NCBI GenBank assembly: GCA_965214835.1 | Contig: CBDCCK010000002.1 | Coordinates: 2,688,001-2,752,000, forward strand | Origin: Nitrosopumilaceae archaeon | GTDB lineage: Archaea > Thermoproteota > Nitrososphaeria > Nitrososphaerales > Nitrosopumilaceae | Direction of reading: 5' to 3' | Length of the DNA: 64,000 nt | Shown: positions 32,121 through 42,355 of the stretch, one piece after another | Numbering within the stretch: position 1 is the stretch's first letter | Layout: the number at the start of each line of letters is the position of its first letter | Translations under genes and position numbers: made by a program | The notes under the pieces: model-generated | Seen by the model: the letters and a program-made list of their open reading frames with translations, nothing else | What the model was told of the DNA's origin: nothing | The model's database searches: none

Positions 32121-32351
32121 ACAATGAATCACACAACCTCCCATTATATGTTTTTATGTCAATTAATTATTGGTATAGATTTATATGATATATCAACTAT
32201 TTATTGGTATGAATCAAGGAGCGAGAAAGACTATGAAGAAAAATCAAGAGTCAGAGGGAATGATCCTCCCAATGACGAAGAACGCGGTTGACACCGAGTC
32301 CTTGAATCTCTTTGATTCCAATCCAATATTAATTTTTGAGGTGCGATCCGC

Positions 32352-33488
32352 ATGAACCAAAGAGAGATCAGAGGAAAGCAGATAGCAGAAAAACAAAACC
32401 AAATTGTACGAATAAATGAAAGCCATTACAAAGTAAACTCACAATCAAGAGACAAACAGCATGACGTTATTTCCACTGAATATGGCTGGGCCTGCTCCTG
32501 CGAGGATCACCAGTTCCGCAGGACTTGCTGCAAGCATGTCCACGCAGTTGAAATATCTGCCAAGATTCACCAAAAAGTCAAAGATGATGTTGTAATCCCT
32601 GAAGTCACCATTGACTCCTGCAAGTATTGCAATTCTGCAAACATAGTAAAAATGGGTGTACGACACAACAAGAACCATGATGTTCAGATGTTCAGATGTA
32701 ATGACTGTAAACGCAAGTTTTCAATCAACCTAGGATTTGAAAACATGAGTGCCACCCCAGACCAAATCACAATGGCAATGAACCTCTACTTTAACGGGGA
32801 ATCATCAAGAAAGACAGCACAATCATTGACACTGACTGGAATTACCGTCACATACAGGACGGTTCAGAACTGGGTCAAGAAATATGTAAACCTCATGGAG
32901 AAGTATCTAGACAGGATAACTCCACAAGTAGGTGAGCAATGGAGGACAGACGAGCTCTACCTGAAAATCAAGGGCGACAGAAAATACCTCTTTGCGATGC
33001 TGGACAGCGAGACCCGTTTCTGGCTATCCCAGATGGTGGCAGAACATAAGGGAAATGATGATGTCTCCCCGATGTTTACAGATGCCAAAAGAAAGGCCAA
33101 AAAAATCCCAAAGACCCTGATCTCTGACGGAGCTGCCAACTTTCACCATGCGTGGAATGAGCAGTACAGGCCAAAGAACTTTCTTCACAAGGACACCGAG
33201 CACCGCCGTCACATCCACATGGCGGGTGACATGAACAACAACCAGATGGAGTCCTTCAACGGAACAAGGGAAAAGGTAGTCAGGGGAATCAAGAAGGATG
33301 ACTCTGCCATATTCACAGGAATGCAGATTCACCATAACTACATCAGGCCCCACCAAGGACTGGAAGGCGATACACCAGCAGACAGGGCAGGCATCAGGAT
33401 TCAGGGCAAGGACAAGTGGAAGACCATCATTCAGAACGCCTCAAAATCCAGTCTACCGGCATTTCCCAGGGAGAATCATCTACCGTAA
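32352..33488 (+). CDS. IS6-like DDE transposase with SWIM and Zn-ribbon N-terminus
   Basis: CSC.D....CKH (SWIM), CKYC/CNDC, WRTDE, ISDG, NNQMESFN, HNYIRPH. Confidence 0.85.
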   Translation: MNQREIRGKQIAEKQNQIVRINESHYKVNSQSRDKQHDVISTEYGWACSCEDHQFRRTCCKHVHAVEISAKIHQKVKDDVVIPEVTIDSCKYCNSANIVKMGVRHNKNHDVQMFRCNDCKRKFSINLGFENMSATPDQITMAMNLYFNGESSRKTAQSLTLTGITVTYRTVQNWVKKYVNLMEKYLDRITPQVGEQWRTDELYLKIKGDRKYLFAMLDSETRFWLSQMVAEHKGNDDVSPMFTDAKRKAKKIPKTLISDGAANFHHAWNEQYRPKNFLHKDTEHRRHIHMAGDMNNNQMESFNGTREKVVRGIKKDDSAIFTGMQIHHNYIRPHQGLEGDTPADRAGIRIQGKDKWKTIIQNASKSSLPAFPRENHLP

Positions 33489-34713
33489 ACTTCCCAGCCC
33501 TTTTTGAATGCCTCCCTGCGATCAGCCTTACGTGCAAGTTTCCGTTGCCTGCGTGGCCGTAGATGACTGTCCTGGCCTTGAGTTTTTTGCTGATCGAGCC
33601 GATGATCTCGAATATTTTTTTAAAATCCCTGATCGGTATGGCCGCGTCCTCGATGACGTGCGGGGTCATGCCGCCTTTTGCGACGGCCCTCAGGCTGCAT
33701 GAGAGGGCCGAACTTCTGTGGGTCCACCACTTTTGGATTTCTGCCTCGTCGGTAGTTGAGAATTCCACCCTTCCACGGACCAGCCTCCTGACCTGCCTGG
33801 TTTTTGAAGGGATTTTCTCATCGATCTCTGCAAACAGTGCAGCGGTTGCGTTTTTTGGAAACTTGTAGTCGATGCTGCCAAGAGTGTTGTCGTCCAGGAA
33901 CTCAAGCGCAGACGGGCCCAGCTTTAAAATCTCGCCTACGTCGCGGTGGATGTCCCTGACGTTTTCGTATGTGATGACCAGGAGCGACCTCTCTTTTGGG
34001 ATACTCCGAATCCTGAGTCTTGCCGACGTTATTATGCCCAGGGTCCCCTCTGATCCTGCGATGACCTTGTGGGAATCCGTGGCCTTCTGTACTGCGTCGA
34101 GCCTATACCCGCACGAGTTCTTGGACAGTCTTGGAAATCTGCCACGATCGATTTTTTCTGACAGCGAAAAAACCTCCCTTGATTTTTTGACCGCATCTGG
34201 CAGCGTGATCCTCTGCCCCACTCCGTCTATTATCGTAACCCCTAGGATGTTGTCAATCACGCTTCCGTACTTTAACGAGTGGATTCCTCCCGCATTGGTT
34301 CCTATCATTCCCCCGAGACTGCAGTATTTCCCGACTGAAGGATCCGGCGAGAGGAATTTCCCCACCTCTGCCAGCCTCTCATCGAGGACTCCCTTGAGTA
34401 CCCCCGGCTGAACCGTCACCGAGTCTCTCCACACCGTCATCCTGTTCATCTTTTTAAAATCCAGCACCATGTCCATTCCCAGCGCCCCCCCGACCAGTCC
34501 CGTGCCTGCCCCCCTCGGCGTGACCGTCATGCCGTATTTTCCTGCAAACCTGATGATCCGAATTATGTCTGCCTCGCTTTCTGGAAAGACGACGATCTGC
34601 GGCCTTATCCTGTAAGAGCTGGCATCTACCGAGTAGCACCTTCTTACCAGCGGATCATCGCTTACCTCGCAGCAAAGCAGTCGCCCCAGCCTTGCCTTTA
34701 GACTGCCTGTCAT
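33488..34713 (-). pseudogene. FAD-linked oxidase (GlcD-like), C-terminally truncated
   Basis: RGAGTGL.G, GGMIG.NAGG, GSEGTLG, GHAGNGNLH present; the terminal GEHG region is missing where the ORF enters the IR. Confidence 0.8.
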
Positions 34714-34714
34714 T

Positions 34715-36040
34715 TTATATGCTGATTCTGTAATAGTCCCATCTCTCTGGATCAAACAGCGTCACAAACTCTGCATCCTCCCTTGCCTCTATCCTTTTTC
34801 TGATGACGTCCCGCAGAGCAAAGCTTGTGAGGTACTTGTACTTCATAGAGTGAGACTGCATGATGAACATGTGCCTCATCTCGCTGCCCCCCCTCATCCC
34901 CCAGTATCCCATTTTTAGCGCCAGAGGCTCTAGGAACACCGTGTTGTTTAGACCATAGTTTTCATCCCGTATCTCCGGGCGCAGCTCGTAAGATTCCAGG
35001 GGGCCGCCCTTGGCAAATCCTATGATCTCCTCGCTTGGGCTGTCCAGCCTCAGCGTGTTTAGGATGAACTTTGGATCCCTTATCGACTCTTCGAACTTTT
35101 CCCTTGTAAACTGAAGCGGCCTTGGAAGCTCGTCATAGATTGCCAAGAGGGCCTTTATGAACTCTGGATCATTTCTGGCATTCATCTTTTCAATTGTCGG
35201 AACCAGCTTTAGGTGCTCAAAGATATATTCTGCCTGTATCCTGATCTCCTGCTGGCGCAAGTTCATAAACGACTGTACCGTGTTGAAGAAGTTCCTCCTC
35301 ATGTTCTTGGGGAGTGCCTTTAGGACGTACTGCGACATCTCTGCCTCCGAGTTTAGCAGATCCTCAAAAAATGCCACCGATCTGCGGACTATGACGGCCG
35401 GATGCCACGCCGAGGCGTGCGCGTTCATCTTTGCCATCTCCATTGACTTTGCAAAATCCCCCAGCGCATATCCGCATATCCTATCTATGATGGACAGGAA
35501 CCACCCCAGCCTCATAATCCTTGCCTGCCTTTCCTGATCGTGCCTTGTGGCAGGCGAGAGGCCAAAGCACTCAGTTATCAGCCCCTGTGCATCCTCCATC
35601 ACCTTCCCCCTCCAGGGATACGTCGTACGCAGGATCAAGACCTTGATTATGTCAATATCGATTCCCGCCGCATCTAGCAGCTGCCGCAGGTTCCTATCCA
35701 TTGCAATAAAGTTAATCACGCTCTCCTCGTGTGGCTTGTCCACGCTCTTCTGAGGATCAAAGTCGTGAAACAGTGCCGCTGTGAAAAGATACTTTATCTC
35801 CTCAAGTGTCAGCTCGCCCCTTCCAAGATAGTGCTTTCCGACTAGCAGCGTGCCATATGTCACCTCCAGCTCGTGGTTGATGTTGTGGTACCCGTAATAG
35901 TCTGAGCCCAGCCCCTGGGAGTCAAACAGCTCGATCGTATAGTCTAGCATCTTGGCATAACACCCCTCCCTTAGTCCTGCCGACTCTGCCAGCTCCTTGA
36001 TCTGGTTGCGCATTGCGTGCGGGGTTGCAAACTGCTGCAT
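34715..36040 (-). CDS. HD-domain protein
   Basis: YHNINH...LFHDFD motif. Confidence 0.8.
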   Translation of the reverse strand: MQQFATPHAMRNQIKELAESAGLREGCYAKMLDYTIELFDSQGLGSDYYGYHNINHELEVTYGTLLVGKHYLGRGELTLEEIKYLFTAALFHDFDPQKSVDKPHEESVINFIAMDRNLRQLLDAAGIDIDIIKVLILRTTYPWRGKVMEDAQGLITECFGLSPATRHDQERQARIMRLGWFLSIIDRICGYALGDFAKSMEMAKMNAHASAWHPAVIVRRSVAFFEDLLNSEAEMSQYVLKALPKNMRRNFFNTVQSFMNLRQQEIRIQAEYIFEHLKLVPTIEKMNARNDPEFIKALLAIYDELPRPLQFTREKFEESIRDPKFILNTLRLDSPSEEIIGFAKGGPLESYELRPEIRDENYGLNNTVFLEPLALKMGYWGMRGGSEMRHMFIMQSHSMKYKYLTSFALRDVIRKRIEAREDAEFVTLFDPERWDYYRISI

Positions 36041-36116
36041 TAGATAATCGGATCAAATACTGTTTTTTAAAGATGTAGAGATTTTCCTTTATAAAGCGCC
36101 CGGGAAACATGGTATC

Positions 36117-36494
36117 ATGGATCTTGACGAGTCCCTAGTTGAAAGGATAGCCGTCTCAAATCCCTCCTGGTCGGTGCTGGTTCAAAAAAGGGAGTTCGTC
36201 CCCGAGTCCGTTGAGGTTACAAAATCGGCGGTTCCGGTAAAAAAGCCAGGTGCCCGGGGCGGTGTTTACTTTTCAGAAACCGAGGCATACAGGGTAATCT
36301 GCTCCGTCCCCGATCCGGCCATTGCACCGCTGCTTACCCCCCTCATGCTCGGCCCTAGCGCTGACTTTACCCCAATTGAAATCACCGCCACCCTAGATGG
36401 TGACAGGTACCTGATAAGGGCCAACCTCACAAGCTATGTGCAGACAAAAACCGGCATACGGCTGAACTTGGTGGTGGTGGGCGTGTCTAGCTAG
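36117..36494 (+). CDS. Hypothetical protein
   Basis: 125-aa ORF with TATA-like element upstream. Confidence 0.65.
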   Translation: MDLDESLVERIAVSNPSWSVLVQKREFVPESVEVTKSAVPVKKPGARGGVYFSETEAYRVICSVPDPAIAPLLTPLMLGPSADFTPIEITATLDGDRYLIRANLTSYVQTKTGIRLNLVVVGVSS

Positions 36495-37002
36495 CAAGGT
36501 ACCTGTCATACTCGTCTCTTTGCTTGGGATCCGACAGTATCTCGTATGCCTGATTGATCTCCGCCATTTTATGCCTTGCATCCTTCTCTGCGCTGCGGTC
36601 CGGATGGCTCTCCTTTGCCAGCCTTCTGTACTGCCTCTTGATCTGCTCCTGTGTTGCGTCCCTTTCAAGCCCCATTATGGCATAGAGATCGGGGATGCTC
36701 TCGCCCTCCGACGGCCTTTGGAACCCACCGCCTAATCCCTTTGTCCTGGATCCCACGTCCTCATAATCGTCACTCCAGTCCGAGTGGTACTTTTCATACT
36801 CCTTGTCCTCCTTTGAGCCCAGCTCCTGCCTGTCATAGTCCGTCTTTTTTCGCAAAATCATGTCCCTTGCCAGGTACGCGAACACCGCCGCAGCTGCCAC
36901 GGCAAATCCTGCAAGGATTACTGCCTGATCCCAGTGCACTGCAGCGGGATCCTCTTGGGCATGGGCAAATCCTATGAGAAAGACCAGGGCAATAGCCTTC
37001 AT
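36487..37002 (-). CDS. Membrane-anchored J-domain protein
   Basis: TM helix; HPD motif; EINQAYEILSDP. Confidence 0.85.
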   Translation of the reverse strand: MKAIALVFLIGFAHAQEDPAAVHWDQAVILAGFAVAAAAVFAYLARDMILRKKTDYDRQELGSKEDKEYEKYHSDWSDDYEDVGSRTKGLGGGFQRPSEGESIPDLYAIMGLERDATQEQIKRQYRRLAKESHPDRSAEKDARHKMAEINQAYEILSDPKQRDEYDRYLAS

Positions 37003-37005
37003 GCT

Positions 37006-37443
37006 CTATGTCAGCCTAAAGTCCTCTTTTACCGTATTTAGGACTAGGTGCGTAATCGTGTTCTCGACGTTTGGTATGCCGGACAGTCCCTTTACAAACT
37101 GGCTAAGATCCGATCTTCCCCTGAACTTTGCAATTACCAGCGTATCCGTGCTGCCCGTAACATCGTACACCCCGCACACATTCTCGATTCCAGATAGCCT
37201 GTCTTCGACCTCGAGGATCTTGTCCTTTCGTGCTATGATTTCAATGATTGCAGTCAGGCTGTAGCCTAGCTTTTCGTGATCGACTCGGGCAGTATATCCC
37301 TCTATGATCTTTGCCTTTTCTAGTTTCTTGATTCTGGAGAGCACCGTTACCGTGGACAGTCCCAGCTTCAGGGCAAGCTGCCTTGCCGACAGCCTCGAGT
37401 CCACCACTAGGTTGTTTAGAATTCTCTCGTCGGTTTTGTCCAT
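37006..37443 (-). CDS. Lrp/AsnC-family regulator
   Basis: MDKTDERIL..L..DSR HTH; YDVTG. Confidence 0.9.
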   Translation of the reverse strand: MDKTDERILNNLVVDSRLSARQLALKLGLSTVTVLSRIKKLEKAKIIEGYTARVDHEKLGYSLTAIIEIIARKDKILEVEDRLSGIENVCGVYDVTGSTDTLVIAKFRGRSDLSQFVKGLSGIPNVENTITHLVLNTVKEDFRLT

Positions 37444-37572
37444 GTATGTTATAGGGTACAGGTAAAAATACATTTAAGTTTTAGGCTGAATTATGTATGC
37501 ATGTTTAGCATGGATATTTGCAGGCTAAAACGTGATGCCAATTTTAATTTATGGCGCCCTGCCTGAAAAACC

Positions 37573-37800
37573 ATGGACTGCATTGAGGATCTGGTCAAAA
37601 AGGGAGACAGGATGATGGACGAATTCAAGTTTGGACTGGCATTGGGGTTCTATGAGCAGGCACTGCTTCTTGATCAGAACAACCCTGACTTGTGGAACAG
37701 CAAGGGGGTTGCATTGCGCAGCATGGGGCGGTACGAGGAGGCCATGGAGTGCTTTGAGAGGTCGCTGGAGATTGAGCCCCGGGACAGGAATGCCTCCTAA
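37573..37800 (+). CDS. Small TPR protein
   Basis: LWNSKGVALRSMGRYEEA..CFERSLEIEP. Confidence 0.85.
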   Translation: MDCIEDLVKKGDRMMDEFKFGLALGFYEQALLLDQNNPDLWNSKGVALRSMGRYEEAMECFERSLEIEPRDRNAS

Positions 37801-38233
37801 CTTCGCTGACCTCCGGCCAAAGCATATTGTTGAGAATCTGGCATCTGTGATGGCGTGGCAGCAAAGTCCGAACGGCTGATGTCTTGGACCTATGAGCTAT
37901 ACAAGAAAGGCCGCCTTGAGGATATATCCTACCATGATTAGGTTCTGAAGATCGAACCGCGGAACATGTCTGCCCTGATTGACAGGGGCGCCACGATGCA
38001 AAGCACTGGAGGGGTTAACAGATCAACCCGGGCCTAGGCCGCTCTCTGTCCGTAGATCCTGCCCGTGCCGATGCGCCGCTGAACAAGGGCTCTGCACTTT
38101 ATACACTGGGCCGCCTTGAGGAGGCCATATCCTACCATGGTGGATGTCGCGTAACTCTGGCTGCCTGACTCAATCCGTATATTTTTTGGAATTTCCTTCC
38201 CTCTTGCACGCCTATACTATACTGATGACCATT

Positions 38234-38311
38234 AGACCTTATGCATAATTGCCAAAAATGACGCAAAAGCTGCCTGATTTTTTTGACTTGCACCGATTAC
38301 GCATAAGGTCT
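38234..38311. mobile_element. MITE family B (78 bp)
   Basis: TIR AGACCTTATGCRTAAT; 3-bp TSD ATT; inserted in the IS630 left TIR. Confidence 0.8.
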
Positions 38312-38923
38312 ATTGAAAATTTCGCCTGATTACACATCTTGCAAAGGTTTATAGCTCTCCACTATGTCACTCCCGGCATGAACAAGACGAAAACTCTCAC
38401 GGATGCCATGCATGTCGAAAAGGATAACAGGATTTATACTAGAATCCTGGCGGTGCGCTCCGTGCTGCTTGGCAACACCACCGCACAGACTGCAGAGATT
38501 GCCGACGTGACACAGCGTACCGTACAGATGTGGATCGAGAGGTTTGAGCTTGACGGCATCGACGGCCTCCGTGACTCCTAACAGGTGCAAAAAAAACCAA
38601 AGGTTCCAGCCGGCAGGATAAAAAAGATCGCCACGAGGCTGCGCAGGATGGAAAAGCTCACCCCGAAAAAGCTGTGCAACTGGGTGCGCCGCAGGCTGCA
38701 TGTCACATACAGCGTGGGAAGCATCAAGAGAATCCTGCGCACGACGGGATTCTCGCTAAAGACGTCAACCACTAGGCTGGCAGATGCTGCCGACGCAAAG
38801 GCGGTAAGACGGTGGCAAAGGGCGGCAAAAGACACGATTGCGCTTGCAAAAAGGCGCGGATTTAGGATAACCGTACAGGACGAATCGATATTCGTCAGTA
38901 CGGGAAGGGACGGCAAAAAGTTC

Positions 38924-40968
38924 GTACAACTTCAGGTCCTTTTTATACTGACAGTCAAACATTTTTGGGCAGCATCTTATGATCAGATGCCCCTGCGAAC
39001 ATGGCTGAACATCAGACATTTGTGATCAGACATTGCAGGTTTGGAGTTTACGGGAGTGACATAATATCGGCATCTTGGTCAAAGAATTTCGATGGAAATC
39101 TTTTTTGATCTTGCCTGTCTGATGTAACATATGGACTCCAAAGCCGTGCTTGCACGCTGTACGGATCCTAGAAAGGCACTTGTCATGATCATGGAGCAAG
39201 ATGAGAAGATCTCCGGGCTGGAAAAAGAACTCTCTATTGTCAAGAAGGAGAATGCTGAGCTTCAGGCAAGGCTTGCCCTGTACGAGAGTCCCAACATGCC
39301 CACGTCCACGCCGTCATTATACAATGATGCCAGAAAAAAGTTCAGGGAGAAAAGGGGCGAGGATCCCGGCGGCAGTCCCGGCGATGCGGCCAGGGGCAAG
39401 AAACGCGGCCCTCCGTGCGGACACCATGGTACATCGCACGGCAACCGGCCATCCATGACATTAAGGTACGATCTTGATTTCAAAATATGCCCAAAGTGCA
39501 ACATCCAGTTACGGATGCTCAAGCCGATCCACAAGCTTGTCAACGATCTGGACGGCTCCATGCGCATGATTACTGCCAATGCCATCATCCAAAACGCGGT
39601 GTGTCCACAGTGCAATACCGTGCATGTCGCAGCTACCCCGTTTCTAGGCGGCACGTCACTTGGGCCCGTCTCACTCTCTCTAATCATGATGTTCTTTGAG
39701 AAGGGAAGCATAGACGAGGACATTGCAGAGTACTTTCAGTATATGTTTGGATTCAAGATGGCCCCAAATACCGTGACTGCCGCCCGGCACGCAGTGGCAG
39801 AGGCACTCCGGCAAAACATGATACAATGCATACAGACATTCATTGCGGGCAGGCCGTGGATACAGATGGACGAGACCGGCTTTAAGCGCGGCGACGGACA
39901 CACGGGGTACGTCTGGGTGCTCAACTGTGCGGGGGCATGCTTTGTGGTCTTTGCAGATTCCCGGTCCTCTGAGGTACTGCACACGCACTTTGGATGGCTG
40001 GATCCCAGGGTTCCCATAGTCGTCGACGGGCTGGCCCAGTACAAGCTGTTCTTTGAGATAATCCAGAGGTGCTGGAGGCACCTTCTGGCGTATGCAGAAA
40101 AGCTTGCAGTAAAGATGCCCGAAGGCGATGATGGGAAAAGGTATGACTTGCTGCTGGAATTTTACAGGGAGGTAAAAAAGATCAAGACGCTTGCGTCGCT
40201 TACATACATGGAGCTTTCAAGGGAGGCATACAAAATAATCAGCCCGTATGAGGACGATCACGTGCGTACACACCTGCTAAACGCCATACCCAACATGTTT
40301 ACGTTTCTAGCGCGTCCGGGAATGCCGCCGCACAACAACGATACGGAGCGATGCATACGCGACGGGATCATACCACAGCGCAATGCGCGCCACAAGATCG
40401 TAACTGACGGGGGAAGAAAGACGGCTTCTGCGCTGCTGACGTTCTCGATGACATGCCGCAAGCAAAACATACATCCTGCCGGTGGACTCTTGAAATACCT
40501 GCGGGATCCGGGCTGGGATATCTTTGCAGGGGCCAAGGATGACGCGCACCTGCTGTCCTCGCTTGTCAATACGGACGGTACAAGATACAGTGTCTTTGAG
40601 TGTCCCGGGCCGCCGCCGGTGTGGCCGCCTGCAGCAGGTGCAGGCAAGGGGGCGGTACGCTGGAACCAGACGGCCGTCGTACCCGTAGCCCCGATGGCAC
40701 TTTGATCCGTCTGGCGCCTACGGGACGGCGTAACCCGTAGCCTCATATCGAAGGATCCGGCTGAATCTGCCAGTCAACGGCACCGAATGCAACAGTTTCT
40801 GATTGCCTGCAGGTGCCGTCTGTCAATGTGTTGCCTGCACGGCGCCGGTTCTGGCATGTACAAAGGATGTGTGGTGATGCAACGGGTCTGTCACAACGGA
40901 TGCGGAAGGATCAAAAAGTTCCGGACAAAAAGTTCCCTGGGCGCTTTAAATAGGACCTGAAGTTGTAC
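38924..40968 (+). mobile_element. IS66 type 3
   Basis: TIR GTACAACTTCAGGTCCT; 8-bp TSD AAAAGTTC. Confidence 0.92.
39131..40705 (+). CDS. IS66-family transposase
   Basis: QMDETG, VDG, QRCWRH, HNNDTERCIR. Confidence 0.9.
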   Translation: MDSKAVLARCTDPRKALVMIMEQDEKISGLEKELSIVKKENAELQARLALYESPNMPTSTPSLYNDARKKFREKRGEDPGGSPGDAARGKKRGPPCGHHGTSHGNRPSMTLRYDLDFKICPKCNIQLRMLKPIHKLVNDLDGSMRMITANAIIQNAVCPQCNTVHVAATPFLGGTSLGPVSLSLIMMFFEKGSIDEDIAEYFQYMFGFKMAPNTVTAARHAVAEALRQNMIQCIQTFIAGRPWIQMDETGFKRGDGHTGYVWVLNCAGACFVVFADSRSSEVLHTHFGWLDPRVPIVVDGLAQYKLFFEIIQRCWRHLLAYAEKLAVKMPEGDDGKRYDLLLEFYREVKKIKTLASLTYMELSREAYKIISPYEDDHVRTHLLNAIPNMFTFLARPGMPPHNNDTERCIRDGIIPQRNARHKIVTDGGRKTASALLTFSMTCRKQNIHPAGGLLKYLRDPGWDIFAGAKDDAHLLSSLVNTDGTRYSVFECPGPPPVWPPAAGAGKGAVRWNQTAVVPVAPMAL

Positions 40969-41914
40969 AAAAGTTCTGGTCGCCCGTGGGGGACAGGATC
41001 GAGGTGGAACGATCCGGCAGAAGGGGGCGCGTCGTGGTATACGGAACGATTGCAGACGACGGAACCAGGCTGATGCGCACATATGACAGGTTCAACAGCG
41101 CAAACTTTGTAAAGTATCTCGAACAGGCGCGCAAAAAGTGGGGAAAGGTCCTGATGGTGATGGACAACGCAATACAGCACAAGACCAGCAAGGTCCGCAG
41201 ATACCTAAAGAAAAATCCCGACGTTGTCCTGCTGTACCTGCCGGTAGCCGGGCCGGAGCTGAGTGCCATAGAGGCAGTCTGGAAGGATGCCAAGTACAGG
41301 CCGGTCACGTCGGCCTTTTATGACACGGTAGATCACCTCAAAAGGGCTGTCTCGGAATACTTTAGGACGTGCTCCATCAAGATTGACATCTACAAGTGTC
41401 TTGAGCGCAGCGTGTAAGGGAGGCGAAATTTTCAATGATCATCAGTATAGTCCATATTCTATCTTGTGGCTTTCAGGAATTCTGATGAATTAGCCTACAA
41501 CCTTCATACCGTGACCAAATCATAAAAAGCGACAAAAAATGAGCCGTGGCCTTTGCATGTGAGGGACTGTCTCTGGAGGAGGGGACAGGCTTTGGGACAC
41601 CATTGCCTTTTTCAAAAAGGCGTTGGCAATTGACGGGATTAGCCTGGCCGGCACTGGCAAGGATCCCGCAGAATGCCTGCCTGGCTTTGAGGAAGGCTAG
41701 AACACGGCAACATCGCCCGGTGCTGGCTCTCTTTTTGCATCTGGTTTATGACGCACAAGATCCGCATGTTTTGACTCTTGGTGCCCCCTCAGCTTTTCAA
41801 TATCGTCAAATCCCTCGTGACAAATGTAGCACTTGGGCTTGTCCTCGTCTACTAGTGGCAGTACCATGATACGCTGTAGGATTGCCTCTATTTTAAGATC
41901 CAGCCAAGCGAAAC

Positions 41915-42007
41915 GTATGTGGTCACGTCCCCTTACTAGCTAGACACGAAGATCACAATCATTCATACTAATTCGTGCCTAACTGATGGGGGTAGGTGAC
42001 CTCGTAC
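41915..42007. mobile_element. MITE family C (93 bp; IS66 type 2 ends)
   Basis: GTATGTGGTCACGT...AGGTGACCTCGTAC; inverted homologue of 44125-44217. Confidence 0.85.
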
Positions 42008-42194
42008 ATTTCGCGAGGCCGTAAGGGTGCTTGTGACCCCGATGATCTCGACGCTGTCGATAATGTCGCTTGCCGAGGAGGGCTCAGATGCCTCGGTGCT
42101 GGCGCTGGGCGCCTCGGTCATTGCCCTCAATGTAGGCATGTATGCAGCAGCCCCTGCGGCAGTCATCGTAGCTGCCCGGCGGCTGTGGGGCTGA
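42008..42194 (+). pseudogene. C-terminal fragment of a CFI-box-CTERM surface protein
   Basis: FREAVRVLVTPMISTLSIM...VLALGASVIALNVGMYAAAP; 5' part lost at the MITE. Confidence 0.7.
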
Positions 42195-42355
42195 AATCTG
42201 CCGGTAGGTGCAGGGCAGGCCTTACAATGTATGCCTCCTGCAGATGTCGCATAGCCGGAATCCGGTCAAGTGTACACACGGATCAGATGTCATGGTGTGG
42301 TTCCGGTTTTTAGCGAATCTGGAAATTATATATTTACTCAAGGGTGGGTGTCAGC

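Larger units (their letters stand above)
23360..33487. mobile_element. 10.1-kb cargo transposon with IS6-like transposase
   Basis: 36-bp IRs TACGGTAGATGATTCTCCYTGGGAAATGYCGGTAGA at 23360-23395 and 33452-33487 (34/36 match); both flanking genes are truncated at the IRs. Confidence 0.8.
38220..41447 (+). mobile_element. IS630 element (transposase pseudogene: in-frame TAA plus IS66 insertion)
   Basis: TIR TACTGATGA.CATTGAAAATTTCGCC; TA duplication in CTAG; VQDES and MDNA motifs; rejoins as DGKKFWSPVG. Confidence 0.85.
38142..41502. mobile_element. MITE family A copy split by IS630
   Basis: Ends GGATGTCGCGTAACTC / GAATTAGCCTACAACC; internal sequence colinear with 17045-17170. Confidence 0.75.
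37850..41700 (+). pseudogene. Degraded TPR gene interrupted by nested elements (limits approximate)
   Basis: TPR-like fragments with stops on both sides of 38142-41502 (NKGSALYTLGRLEEAISY; FFKKALAID). Confidence 0.55.

Noticed and set aside
23360-33487. Casposon
   Set aside because: No Cas1-like integrase or family B polymerase lies between the IRs.
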